This document shows positions 31,170 through 40,975 of a stretch of DNA of 64,000 bases, one piece after another (the first letter of the stretch is position 1; each line of letters opens with the position of its first letter). Source of the stretch: an uncultured Acidimicrobiia bacterium (lineage in GTDB: Bacteria > Acidobacteriota > Terriglobia > Versatilivoradales > Versatilivoraceae). The position numbers and the translations under genes are program-made. The notes beneath the pieces are model-generated. The model saw nothing but the letters and a program-made list of their open reading frames with translations, had not been told where the DNA came from and searched no databases. The DNA lies in assembly GCA_963786955.1 (NCBI GenBank), contig CAWBAT010000005.1, positions 1,472,001-1,536,000 of the forward strand, in the 5' to 3' direction.

Positions 31170-31173
31170 CTCC

Positions 31174-31219
31174 GAAGAGAGGCTGCATGCAGGTTTAGTT
31201 CTTGCTGCGGCCTCTTTTC
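31174..31219 (+). terminator. Hairpin after dnaK (terminator or mRNA-stabilising stem)
   Basis: gaagagaggctgca pairs with tgcggcctcttttc. Confidence 0.65.
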
Positions 31220-31338
31220 AAATAGGATTGCCGGATGGGATTGCGTGTTCGATGGAATAACGGCCCATTCAGTAAACCACGAAAAAAAAAACCTCTTTAA
31301 AATCTTCCGGTCTGTAAGGCTGTTTACTAAACAAAAGT

Positions 31339-32439
31339 ATGGCGAACGAGAACTATTACCAGATCCTGGAGGTTTCCAGAAAAGCCTCTGCGGACACGAT
31401 CAAGAAGGCCTATCGTAAGCTGGCTCGTAAACATCACCCCGATGTGAATCCGGGAGATAAACAGGCCGAGGAGAGGTTTAAGAAGATTTCTGAGGCGTAT
31501 GAGGTCTTGAGTGATCCAAAGAAGCGCGAAGTCTACGATACGTATGGGACATATTCTGAAAACTTCCGGGCGGCAACGGGTCCTCAAGGGCCTCATGTGG
31601 ATTTCGAAGGCTTCGACTTCTCAAATTTGGGGGGGGCGGGCTTCGGTGACATTTTTTCTCAGCTCTTTGGAGGGAATCGTGCGACACAACGCGCACAAAA
31701 AGGGGATGACTTAGAGTACCAGGTTTCGATAAACTTTAACGACGCGCTCAAGGGGTTACAGACGCGCATCAGTTACACTCGGCGCGAAGTCTGCCCTTCC
31801 TGTCAGGGGAAAAGAGTGCGCAGCGACGGAAAGAGCCAGGGATGCCTGTATTGTCATGGAACGGGTAAGGTCGAGCAACTCAAGGGCCGGATGCGATTCA
31901 TGACTTCCTGCTCGCATTGCGGAGGGAGTGGTTCAACGGCAACAAATTGCACGGAGTGTCATGGGGAAGGGCGAAAACCGGTGTCGGAGAGTTTGGAGAT
32001 CAAGATTCCGGCGGGTGTTCAAACCGGGTCTCGTATTCGTTTCGCGGGTAGGGGGGACGCGGGATTGTATGGCGGGCCCCAGGGAGACTTGTATATCGTC
32101 ACTACCGTGAGCGATCACCCCTTCTTTGAGCGAATCGGGGACAACATTTACTGTAAAATTCCCATCACATTGATGGAGGCAGCTCTGGGAGCGAAAATCG
32201 AGGTTCCGACGCTCGAAGGTCGGGCCATCTTGAAAATTCCACCGGGAACCCAGAACGGGCAAAAATTTCGTCTGCGGGAAAAGGGGGCGCCTTCTTTACG
32301 GGCTCCGATCAATGGGGATCAATTTGTAGAAGTTCGGGTGTTGACCCCTAAGCTCGCGGATGAACGGAGCAAAGAGCTTCTCCGGGAGCTGGCTCGGCTA
32401 AATCCGGAAAATCCCCGCGTGGGGATGTTTGGGTATTGA
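31339..32439 (+). CDS. dnaJ: Chaperone DnaJ
   Basis: J domain with HPD, G/F region, four CxxCxG repeats, C-terminal domain. Confidence 0.96.
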   Translation: MANENYYQILEVSRKASADTIKKAYRKLARKHHPDVNPGDKQAEERFKKISEAYEVLSDPKKREVYDTYGTYSENFRAATGPQGPHVDFEGFDFSNLGGAGFGDIFSQLFGGNRATQRAQKGDDLEYQVSINFNDALKGLQTRISYTRREVCPSCQGKRVRSDGKSQGCLYCHGTGKVEQLKGRMRFMTSCSHCGGSGSTATNCTECHGEGRKPVSESLEIKIPAGVQTGSRIRFAGRGDAGLYGGPQGDLYIVTTVSDHPFFERIGDNIYCKIPITLMEAALGAKIEVPTLEGRAILKIPPGTQNGQKFRLREKGAPSLRAPINGDQFVEVRVLTPKLADERSKELLRELARLNPENPRVGMFGY

Positions 32440-32451
32440 GGCATTAGGCAC

Positions 32452-32841
32452 ATGGTCAGAAAAAAACGCAACCAAGCCGCCCATATGATTAGCAATGTCG
32501 CGAAGACCTATGATGTCCACCCCCAAACGTTGCGGCTGTATGAACGACAAGGATTGCTGAAGCCTTCTCGATCCGAAGGGAATACGCGTCTTTATACGGA
32601 TGAAGATCTGGAACGACTGGAATTAATCCTGAATTTGACTCGGGAACTCGGTGTCAACCTGGCAGGCGTGGAAATCATTCTGAATATGCGTGCTCGCGTC
32701 GAGGAAATGCAAAAAGAAATTCGCCAGTTCGTGGAGCTGATTCAAACCGAGCTCTCTGGACGAATGCCGGGTTTTCAACCTGAGTCGGAAAATGCATTAA
32801 TGAAAACGACACCGACCAAAATTGCACGGCTGGATCGTTAG
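32452..32841 (+). CDS. hspR: MerR-family heat-shock repressor HspR
   Basis: HPQTLRLYER.GLLKPSRSEGNTRLY, LGVNLAGV; downstream of dnaJ; HAIR site upstream of dnaK. Confidence 0.9.
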   Translation: MVRKKRNQAAHMISNVAKTYDVHPQTLRLYERQGLLKPSRSEGNTRLYTDEDLERLELILNLTRELGVNLAGVEIILNMRARVEEMQKEIRQFVELIQTELSGRMPGFQPESENALMKTTPTKIARLDR

Positions 32842-33597
32842 ATGGATACCATGGAAAGCGCCGAATGTTCGATCTGCGGGGGTACCGGCTGGCGGTATCT
32901 CGAAAGCGAAGAAACACACGGAGTCTCTCCTTGTACCTGTGTGCAGAAGAAGAAACTCGAGAAGCTGATTCACATTGCCAGCATTCCTCCGCGATATGAG
33001 CATTGTTCTATTGAAAACTTTAACCCCATCACTGATCGTCTCAAAGTCGTTAAAGCCGCTGCCCTAAAGTTTGTGGAGGAATATCCTTTGGTGGATTGTG
33101 GTTTGTTGATTTTAGGACCGTGCGGCGTTGGCAAGACCCACCTGGCTGTTTCGATCCTGCGTGAGATCATCCACAAAGACGGAGCACAGGGCCTGTTTTG
33201 TGATTTTCGAGATTTGCTCAAGCGAATCCAGAATTCTTATAACCCTGTTTCGCAGTCTTCCGAGTTGGAAATCCTGGATCCTGTGTTGACTATGGACCCC
33301 CTCGTTTTGGATGATCTAGGTGCAGAAAGACCTACTGAATGGGTTCGGGATACCGTCTCTTATATCATCAATTCTCGTTACAATCGCCGTTTGACCACGA
33401 TCATCACCACCAACTTTGATGACCGGCCTCGGGAAAGTAAAGTTCTGGCAAACGGGACCGTTTTGAGTAAAGAAGAAAGTCTTGAGGATCGGATCGGAAC
33501 GCGGCTTCGTTCCCGATTGTACGAGATGTGCAAAGTGATTCGAATCGAAGGCGATGACTTTCGTTTATTAGTCAAACAGGCAAAATACCAATACTGA
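32842..33597 (+). CDS. DnaC/IstB-like AAA+ ATPase with N-terminal Cys cluster
   Basis: CSICGGTG..CTC, IPPRY, Walker A GPCGVGKT, Walker B LVLDDLG, IITTN, RLRSRLYEM. Confidence 0.88.
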   Translation: MDTMESAECSICGGTGWRYLESEETHGVSPCTCVQKKKLEKLIHIASIPPRYEHCSIENFNPITDRLKVVKAAALKFVEEYPLVDCGLLILGPCGVGKTHLAVSILREIIHKDGAQGLFCDFRDLLKRIQNSYNPVSQSSELEILDPVLTMDPLVLDDLGAERPTEWVRDTVSYIINSRYNRRLTTIITTNFDDRPRESKVLANGTVLSKEESLEDRIGTRLRSRLYEMCKVIRIEGDDFRLLVKQAKYQY

Positions 33598-33614
33598 TCT
33601 TGACTGGAGAACGC

Positions 33615-33923
33615 GTGGATTTCTGGAGGGTAAAGCGAAAGGAAACCCGTATCCTTTTGGCCATCCCAGTGGTCATCGAGGGAGAAGATTCGGATAATCA
33701 GCATTTTATTGAAGAAACGACGACAGAAAACGTCAGCAAGTTGGGTGCGTGTATTGTAGTGGATCGAGTGCTGAAGCTGGGCTCCATTATCAGCCTTACC
33801 GCTTTTCAAAAGAAGTTCAGTTGTAAGGCAGAGGTCAAAGCGATCTGGATTGACGAGAGCGAGAGAAAGAAAAAGATAGGTGTTCGGTTCGTTGAGCCGC
33901 CGATCAATTGGGTTGTTACTTGA
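33615..33923 (+). CDS. PilZ domain protein
   Basis: RKETR (RxxxR) and NVSKLG (D/NxSxxG), GVRF; GTG start after GGAG (ORF track start 33600). Confidence 0.85.
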   Translation: MDFWRVKRKETRILLAIPVVIEGEDSDNQHFIEETTTENVSKLGACIVVDRVLKLGSIISLTAFQKKFSCKAEVKAIWIDESERKKKIGVRFVEPPINWVVT

Positions 33924-33955
33924 CCCTAGCTGAGCACGGGAAAAAAAATTACGAC

Positions 33956-36607
33956 ATGTTTTATCGACATCGACAGACCAAAACCATACGCTGGAATCGA
34001 TCGCGGGTCTTCTGGATATTGCCGGTAGCCCTGCTGACCTTAGCAGGCATCCTCGCTCTGCAAGCACAGCAATCGTTAAAGAAGGAATTGCCTTCCGCGG
34101 CAACTCTGAAAGTCGATTATCAGCGAGATATTCAGCCGATTTTCAGCAGCCGCTGCCTTCAATGTCACGGAGCTCAAATGCAAATGAGTAGTCTCCGTCT
34201 AGACAATCGCCGGGACGCGCTGGCCGGTGGAAATACTGGCCCGGTGATCAAGCCTGGGAACAGCGCGGGAAGCCGACTCATTCAGATGGTTGCGGGTATC
34301 GAAGAAGGAAAGATTATGCCCCCGGCAGGAGACCCACTCAGCAAAGAACAAATTGGATTGCTCCGCGCTTGGATTGATCAAGGAGCGGAGTGGCCGGAAG
34401 AAGAGAGAGCGGCTTTAGTCAAGACCCATGAAGATCCGAGAAGAGCGCATTGGGCCTTTCAACCGGTCAAGATGCCAGATCTCCCAGCCGTTAAGAATTC
34501 AGACTGGGTACGCAATCCAATCGATACTTTCATTTTGGGCAAGCTTGAAGCCGAAGGGGTTCAGCCTTCGGCAGAAGCCGATCGGATCACTCTGATTCGA
34601 CGGTTAAGTTTTGATCTTATCGGTCTACCGCCAACTCCCGAAGAGGTGGCGGACTTTGTCTCAGACCCTCGCCCGGATGCTTACGAAAGATTGGTCGACC
34701 GCCTGTTGGATTCGCCTCATTATGGCGAGAAATGGGCTCGCCAATGGCTTGATTTGGCTCGATATGCCGATAGCGACGGATATGAAAAAGACAATGTCAG
34801 GCCTTACGCATGGCGCTATCGCCAGTGGGTGATTGAAGCACTCAACCGCAACTTGCCTTTTGACCAGTTCACGATCCAGCAATTGGCTGGCGACCTTCTG
34901 CCTAACGCAACTTTGGATCAAAAGATTGCCACAGGCTTTCAGCGCAATACCCTGACTAACCGAGAGGGTGGCGTCGACAATGAAGAATTCCGTGTTGAGC
35001 AAGTGCTCGATCGGACCAACACCATGGGCACAACCTGGCTCGGCCTCACCGTTGGGTGTGCCCGATGCCATGACCATAAATACGATCCGATCAGCCAAAG
35101 GGAGTTTTATCAGCTTTTTTCTTTTTTCAACAGGGCCCGTGAAATCAATATCGAGGCCCCGGCACCCGGGGAAATGGGAGTGTACCTTCAGGCGAAACCG
35201 GACTACGACAAAAAACGCATGGCATTGCTGGAGGAATACAAGGTTTCAGAAATCCAGCCAGAGTGGGAGAAGAAGACTCTAGAGGCCTCAACCCATCCCG
35301 GAATCAATGTTCCCTACGATGTTGCCTGGGACACAGTTGGAAAGATGCTGGATCATGGCCAGGAAATTCTATTGAAAGAACCTGCTGAGCGAACCCAGAA
35401 GGAACAGGACCGGCTCACGGATCATATCATTCGCTTCTATATGATTGCGGGCGGAAAGGAACGTTATGATGCCCTCAAGTTCAAGGAATTAGGAGAGAAG
35501 CTTGACCAGCTTTCCGAACAGTTTCCTGGACTGACAGAAGCTCCCATCATTGCGGAGAATCCGAGACCACCCAAAACCCATATTTTGATTCGCGGTGATT
35601 ACTTGCAGCCGGGAGTTGAAGTACAGCCTGGAACACTTTCGATCCTGCCTCCTATGCCGGATACGGCTGAGCCCCCACGCCTTCGTTTCGCACGCTGGCT
35701 CGTTTCGCCTGATAATCCCTTGACACCCCGTGTGACCGTCAACCGGATGTGGCAGGAGTTCTTCGGGCATGGCCTGGTTGAAACTTCTGCGGATTTTGGA
35801 ATCAAAGGAGAACGTCCGACTCACCCTGCTTTGCTGGATTGGCTGGCTGCTGAGTTTGTCATGCAGAAATGGGACTTCAAGAAGATGCACAAGATGATCG
35901 TCGTGTCAGCCACGTACCGCCAGTCCTCCAAGACGAGAAAAGAGCTTGAGACCCGGGATCCCTATAACAAATGGATCGCTCGGCAATCCCGATTGCGCCT
36001 ACCGGCTGAACTAGTCCGTGATAATGCTCTGGCAGCCAGTGGCCTGCTCGATTTGACGGTGGGTGGAAAGAGCGTCCGCCCACTCATCCCGAAAGGAGTG
36101 ACGGATTTGGGCTATGGCACGAGTGTCAAATGGAAGGAAAGCGAAGGCAGTTCCCGCTATCGGCGCGGGCTCTACGTATTTTTCCAACGTACAACCCCTT
36201 ATCCGCAACTGATGAACTTTGATGCTCCTACGTCGTTATTGACTTGCAGTCGAAGGGATCGTTCCACCACTCCTTTGCAAGCCCTTAATTTGCTCAATGA
36301 CCCGGTCTTTTTCGAGGCGGCACAGGGCCTCGCGACTCGAGTGTTACGCGAAACATCAGGCAGCCTGAATGAGCGGATCAGATACGCCTTTGAGCTTTGT
36401 TTGGCTCGTTCTCCGAAGCCGGGCGAAATGGAAAGGCTGGTCCGTTTCTACGAAGAACAAAAAGAATACCTAAGAAGAAATCCAGAAGCCGCAGAGAGTC
36501 TCTATGCGGCACACGGAGTTGAAGGCGTTGATTCGGTGGAAGCCGCTGTGTGGGTGAGTATTTCACGGGCTTTGCTCAATTTGGATGAGTTCATTACGAG
36601 GGGGTAG
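33956..36607 (+). CDS. Planctomycete cytochrome c + DUF1549 + DUF1553 (PSD1) protein
   Basis: Signal peptide, CLQCH, HWAF, RRLSFDLIGLPP, CARCHDHKYDP, HPALLDWLA, TTPLQALNLLN. Confidence 0.92.
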   Translation: MFYRHRQTKTIRWNRSRVFWILPVALLTLAGILALQAQQSLKKELPSAATLKVDYQRDIQPIFSSRCLQCHGAQMQMSSLRLDNRRDALAGGNTGPVIKPGNSAGSRLIQMVAGIEEGKIMPPAGDPLSKEQIGLLRAWIDQGAEWPEEERAALVKTHEDPRRAHWAFQPVKMPDLPAVKNSDWVRNPIDTFILGKLEAEGVQPSAEADRITLIRRLSFDLIGLPPTPEEVADFVSDPRPDAYERLVDRLLDSPHYGEKWARQWLDLARYADSDGYEKDNVRPYAWRYRQWVIEALNRNLPFDQFTIQQLAGDLLPNATLDQKIATGFQRNTLTNREGGVDNEEFRVEQVLDRTNTMGTTWLGLTVGCARCHDHKYDPISQREFYQLFSFFNRAREINIEAPAPGEMGVYLQAKPDYDKKRMALLEEYKVSEIQPEWEKKTLEASTHPGINVPYDVAWDTVGKMLDHGQEILLKEPAERTQKEQDRLTDHIIRFYMIAGGKERYDALKFKELGEKLDQLSEQFPGLTEAPIIAENPRPPKTHILIRGDYLQPGVEVQPGTLSILPPMPDTAEPPRLRFARWLVSPDNPLTPRVTVNRMWQEFFGHGLVETSADFGIKGERPTHPALLDWLAAEFVMQKWDFKKMHKMIVVSATYRQSSKTRKELETRDPYNKWIARQSRLRLPAELVRDNALAASGLLDLTVGGKSVRPLIPKGVTDLGYGTSVKWKESEGSSRYRRGLYVFFQRTTPYPQLMNFDAPTSLLTCSRRDRSTTPLQALNLLNDPVFFEAAQGLATRVLRETSGSLNERIRYAFELCLARSPKPGEMERLVRFYEEQKEYLRRNPEAAESLYAAHGVEGVDSVEAAVWVSISRALLNLDEFITRG

Positions 36608-36675
36608 TGAAACCCCAAGATCCCCTGGGGCGCTCAGATGCGGGGAGAAGCCAGAAGCAGCAAGAGGAGAAGAGG

Positions 36676-38121
36676 ATGAATTTCCAGGATTTCATGAGAA
36701 TTCAGACCCGGCGAAGTTTTCTCACCGAGTGTGCCGGGGGAATTGGGGCAATCGGATTGTGGCAATTAATGGCGGGCGAAGGGCGGACGACAGCCCTTGG
36801 CGCACCATTGCCGGATGTCAATCCATTGAAGCCGAAACCTCCGCAATTTGCACCCAAGGCTAAGAACGTTATCTTCTTTTTCATGGAAGGAGCCCCCAGC
36901 CACTTGGATCTATTTGATCCTAAACCTGAAATGAAAAAATGGGACGGTCAGCCTCTGCCTGAATCCATGACGAAGAACCTAAAGTTGGCCTTCATTAAAC
37001 CCAATGCGAAAGTATGGGCCAGCCCGAGCGAGTTTAAGAAGTATGGGCAGAGTGGCCTCGAGTTTTCAGAGTACATGCCTAACCTGGCTACTTGTGCCGA
37101 CGATATTTGTATGATCCGTTCCATGTTTACTGAACAATTCAACCATCATCCTGGACAGTTGATGTTGAACTGTGGATCTCCGTTGGTCGGGCGCCCTTCC
37201 ATGGGTGCCTGGGTGACCTACGGCTTAGGAAGCGAATCGCAAAATCTTCCCGGCTTTGTCGTATTAAGCTCGGGAGTTGGCACGAGTGCCGGAAGCGCCA
37301 ATTGGTCCAGTGGATTCCTGCCCTCGACCTACCAGGGAGTCACTTTCCGTAACAGCGGAGATCCGGTTCTCTATCTGTCTAATCCTGCCGGCATTAACAA
37401 TCAGATTCAGAGGTCAACTCTCAATGCAATTCGGGATTTGAATGAGGCAAACTACGCCGCCAGCGGGGACTTTGAAATTGCGTCGCGTATTGCTTCCTAC
37501 GAACTGGCGTTTCGGATGCAGTCGGCAGCGCCCGAACTGCTTGATTTTTCCAAAGAGTCGGAAAAGACACGAGAGATGTACGGGGTTGACAAAGATCCGA
37601 CGAAGCCATTTGCAACGAACTGCTTGCTCGCCAGAAGAATGATTGAACGGGGTGTGCGATTTGTGCAGATCATGCATGCCAGTTGGGATGATCACTCGGA
37701 TCTGGTGAGTCATTTGAAAAAGAATTGCGATATTACAGACCAGCCGGTTGCCGCGCTGCTCAAGGATCTGAAGCAACGGGGATTGCTGGATTCAACCTTG
37801 GTGGTCTGGGCGGGAGAATTCGGTAGAACTCCCTTGGTCGAAAGCCGGAACCCTAAAAAAGGAAGCGAAGGCCGAGACCACCATCCCTTCGCCTTCAGCA
37901 TTTGGATGGCAGGGGGGGGAATCAAAGGCGGACAAGTGGTTGGAAAGACGGACGACTTAGGCCTTAATATCGTGGAAGACCGAATCCATGTGCATGACTT
38001 GCATGCAACCATCTTACAATCCCTTGGTTTTGATCATCTGAAACTGACTTTCCACCATCAAGGTCGCGACTTCCGTTTGACAGATGTTTCAGGCAACGTG
38101 GTTCCGAAACTTCTTGCTTAA
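36676..38121 (+). CDS. DUF1501 domain protein (Tat signal)
   Basis: TRRSFL, GAPSHLDLFDPKP, WDDH, GEFGRTP, GRDHHP. Confidence 0.93.
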   Translation: MNFQDFMRIQTRRSFLTECAGGIGAIGLWQLMAGEGRTTALGAPLPDVNPLKPKPPQFAPKAKNVIFFFMEGAPSHLDLFDPKPEMKKWDGQPLPESMTKNLKLAFIKPNAKVWASPSEFKKYGQSGLEFSEYMPNLATCADDICMIRSMFTEQFNHHPGQLMLNCGSPLVGRPSMGAWVTYGLGSESQNLPGFVVLSSGVGTSAGSANWSSGFLPSTYQGVTFRNSGDPVLYLSNPAGINNQIQRSTLNAIRDLNEANYAASGDFEIASRIASYELAFRMQSAAPELLDFSKESEKTREMYGVDKDPTKPFATNCLLARRMIERGVRFVQIMHASWDDHSDLVSHLKKNCDITDQPVAALLKDLKQRGLLDSTLVVWAGEFGRTPLVESRNPKKGSEGRDHHPFAFSIWMAGGGIKGGQVVGKTDDLGLNIVEDRIHVHDLHATILQSLGFDHLKLTFHHQGRDFRLTDVSGNVVPKLLA

Positions 38122-38280
38122 ACGTGGCTTGAGGTCTCCGAGGAGTTCAAATTTCCTGTCGATTCGCCTGCTCGGGAAGGTCAATTTCATCGTCCCGTGA
38201 ACAAGAGCGGTGGACTCATTTCATAGATTGGCTGCCGCCACAGTTTGGGTCCATTCGACCGAGTCTCCCATCACCTGTTG

Positions 38281-39939
38281 ATGATCCTCACATTCCTTCG
38301 CCGCTGCCCCACTCTTGCCCTCGTGATCATCTGGTTAGGGCTTGAGATCCCCTTCCTTCCCACCGCCTTCCGAATCGACGAACCTTACTACCTTGCAATC
38401 GCTCAACAGATCACAAGGCATCCAACAGATCCTTACGGATTCCGGATCAATTGGTTGGGGGCCCCGAAACTGGTTTCCGAAACCTTTGCCAATCCTCCTC
38501 TCGTACCCGCTTGGATCGCCGCATGGGAAGGCTTCTTCCCGCCAAATGAATATTCGATCCATGTGGCGATGCTCTGCTTTGGGTTGTTGTCGATCCATGG
38601 CCTCGTACTTCTGGCCAAACGTTACCAAGTAGACCCTTCTCTCGCAGCCCTCCTGCTCTGCTTTTCACCCGCATTCTTCCTCGGAAGCCAGGTCGTCATG
38701 CTCGATGTCCCGATGCTTTCTCTGCTATTGCTGGGTGTGGCCTATGCATTGGCCTATCAGGAAACAGGCCGAAAATCAGCTTGGGCGGTGGCACTTGCGG
38801 CTTCATTCCTTTGCCCCCTTACAAAATACAACGGCTTATTGATCGTGCCCCTTCTGGTGCTGTTGCTGGTGGATGGCCGGCGGCGAATCGGCATTTCGGT
38901 GCTCGCCACCGCCCCCATCGGCTCGTTTATTTTTTGGAATTTGTTTACCTGGATAAAATATGGCAGACCCAATGTCTTGCTTCTGTTTGACCTGCAAAAG
39001 AATTTAGAAAAATCTAAGGTGCTTCTCGGTCATGAAATGGGAATCCTCATTGCGATCGGCCTTGGAGCCATTTCCATTGCCATTCCTTTGCTGCTATTAC
39101 AGGTCAGGAGCCTGAGAAAAAGGTACACCTTTGGGATCCCTCCGGTTTTCGCTTTCTCCTTCCTTTGGGCTCACTTTCAAATCCACTATTCAACCGTTTC
39201 TGCCTGCTTGACTGGTCTGGCTGTCTGTGTTGTCTTGATGCTGATCGATGCGCTTCTGACGCAGTTCTGGAAGAATCCGAAATTACGAAACCTGCAGTCG
39301 ATTCTCCTCCTGCTTTGGTTCTCCTTAGGCCTGCTGATGCAATTTGGAATGGCCGCCACCTCCGTGCGATATGCCCTGATCATGACACCCGCAGCCGTCC
39401 TGATTGTCCTGCTGCTCCTTAAAGTTTCAGACTGGAACCCGCCCCCGGTCATGCTAGCGTCTGCTCTCCTTCTGTCTGTTCTACTCGCACTTTCCATTGC
39501 GATCGGAGATGCAGAAATCGCCAATGGATACAGGCAAATTATCTCGCACCGAATGGCCTCTCCGGCTGCCGAACTTCCAAACCAATTCTATTTTGCCGGA
39601 CACTGGGGATTCCACTATTATGCAGAACAGGCGGGGGGCATTGCTCTCGATACATCCCGGCCGCAAAGCTTGGAGTCGGGTGATCTTGTCGTCGTTGCAC
39701 AAAACGCCTGGCCCGGTTTACGACCGCTCCAACCTCCTCCAGGACAGAACCTGGGAACTACCGTTGAGCGATTTGTCCCAAGGTGGCCTGTCAATACGAT
39801 CACCTGCGATGGAGGAGCGAACTTCTACGGAAATCGCCTTGCTTCCTGTGAAAGCCCAACTTTATTGCCTTTTACATTCGGTTATTTTACGAGTGAGGAA
39901 TTTCTCTTTTACAGGGTACTTGAACCGGCGAGGCAATAA
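38281..39939 (+). CDS. GT-C membrane glycosyltransferase (ArnT/PMT-like)
   Basis: Early-loop DEPYY, NPPL, MLDVP, LTKY, VRY; more than 10 TM helices. Confidence 0.75.
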   Translation: MILTFLRRCPTLALVIIWLGLEIPFLPTAFRIDEPYYLAIAQQITRHPTDPYGFRINWLGAPKLVSETFANPPLVPAWIAAWEGFFPPNEYSIHVAMLCFGLLSIHGLVLLAKRYQVDPSLAALLLCFSPAFFLGSQVVMLDVPMLSLLLLGVAYALAYQETGRKSAWAVALAASFLCPLTKYNGLLIVPLLVLLLVDGRRRIGISVLATAPIGSFIFWNLFTWIKYGRPNVLLLFDLQKNLEKSKVLLGHEMGILIAIGLGAISIAIPLLLLQVRSLRKRYTFGIPPVFAFSFLWAHFQIHYSTVSACLTGLAVCVVLMLIDALLTQFWKNPKLRNLQSILLLLWFSLGLLMQFGMAATSVRYALIMTPAAVLIVLLLLKVSDWNPPPVMLASALLLSVLLALSIAIGDAEIANGYRQIISHRMASPAAELPNQFYFAGHWGFHYYAEQAGGIALDTSRPQSLESGDLVVVAQNAWPGLRPLQPPPGQNLGTTVERFVPRWPVNTITCDGGANFYGNRLASCESPTLLPFTFGYFTSEEFLFYRVLEPARQ

Positions 39940-40003
39940 AGCCAGCTTCTTTATTGCGCTGAAGATTTGCACATTCAGAATAAAATCTTTAAGGAGAAAA
40001 ATC

Positions 40004-40972
40004 ATGCGAGGCCATCAAAGAGCTCTACGACTTCCAATCTGTCTCACTGTCCTTTTGCTTTTGGTCTGTTTCTGGGGAATAAGTCGAGACCTGGAATATT
40101 TTGCTCAGTCGAAGCTGCCAACCCAATCGGCAGAATTGATTGCCAAGGATGCCAGCTGGGGAAATACGGAGGGACCCACGGTGGACTCGAAGGGAACCCT
40201 TTTCTTTACATCCCGTGGCAGCTACAAAGGCATAATGTCATGGACTCCAAAAGAAGGAGCACGGCAATATCTGGCAGTGGCTACCAAAGAGGGACCGGGA
40301 GGGCTCTGGGTAGATGATCATGACAACATCTTTCTCACCGCAACCGGGGAACGAAAAATCATGAAGGTCTCACCTGACAAGAAGGTCACCGTAGTGGCCG
40401 AGAACTTTGAAGCCGACCCGTCCATTACGAAGGGCCCTAATGATCTGATCGTCGCAAAAAATGGGACACTCTATTTCACAGACCCCAACGGTTATTATGG
40501 AGATGCGCCCAATGGGACCATTTATCGGGTTGCCCGAGATGGGAAGACGAGTGTATTCAATGCCGATATTACGGGTCCAAACGGCATCGTGCTGAATGCG
40601 AACGAACGGATTCTCTATGTTTCACACAACGTCTCCAAAACCACTTGCAAGATAGAGCAATGGCCACTGAATAAAGATGGATCTGCAGGGGAAAGAACCA
40701 CGCTAGCGACGATTGAGAATTGTGCCGCTGATGGGATGGCGGTCGACAAGCAAGGGGCCATTTGGCTGACCTGTTACGGTTTTGGGACGGCCTACCGCGT
40801 GAGTGGTACAGGGGAAATTCTTGCGACCATCACTACCGACCAGAAGGCTCTGACAAACTGCAGATTTGGCCGCCGGTCGGATCGACACATGCTCTACCTG
40901 ACCAGCTCCGATATGGAACGAGTGACGGGCTATATTTATCGCGCCAAAGTGGGTGTTCCAGGACTTCGGTAA
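40004..40972 (+). CDS. SMP-30/gluconolactonase family beta-propeller, exported
   Basis: TEGP, PNDL, YFTDP, PNGI, ADGMAVD, TNCRFG; AAGGAG before ATG 40004. Confidence 0.9.
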   Translation: MRGHQRALRLPICLTVLLLLVCFWGISRDLEYFAQSKLPTQSAELIAKDASWGNTEGPTVDSKGTLFFTSRGSYKGIMSWTPKEGARQYLAVATKEGPGGLWVDDHDNIFLTATGERKIMKVSPDKKVTVVAENFEADPSITKGPNDLIVAKNGTLYFTDPNGYYGDAPNGTIYRVARDGKTSVFNADITGPNGIVLNANERILYVSHNVSKTTCKIEQWPLNKDGSAGERTTLATIENCAADGMAVDKQGAIWLTCYGFGTAYRVSGTGEILATITTDQKALTNCRFGRRSDRHMLYLTSSDMERVTGYIYRAKVGVPGLR

Positions 40973-40975
40973 GAA

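Noticed and set aside
32842-33597. IS21 element or prophage implied by the IstB-like ATPase
   Set aside because: No istA, terminal inverted repeats, integrase or phage genes nearby; gene is embedded in a housekeeping operon
33378-34103. 241-aa minus-strand ORF
   Set aside because: Overlaps three well-supported plus-strand genes and has no recognisable motifs
39497-40003. N-terminal extension of the SMP-30 ORF
   Set aside because: Overlaps the GT-C gene; a good SD and signal peptide begin at 40004
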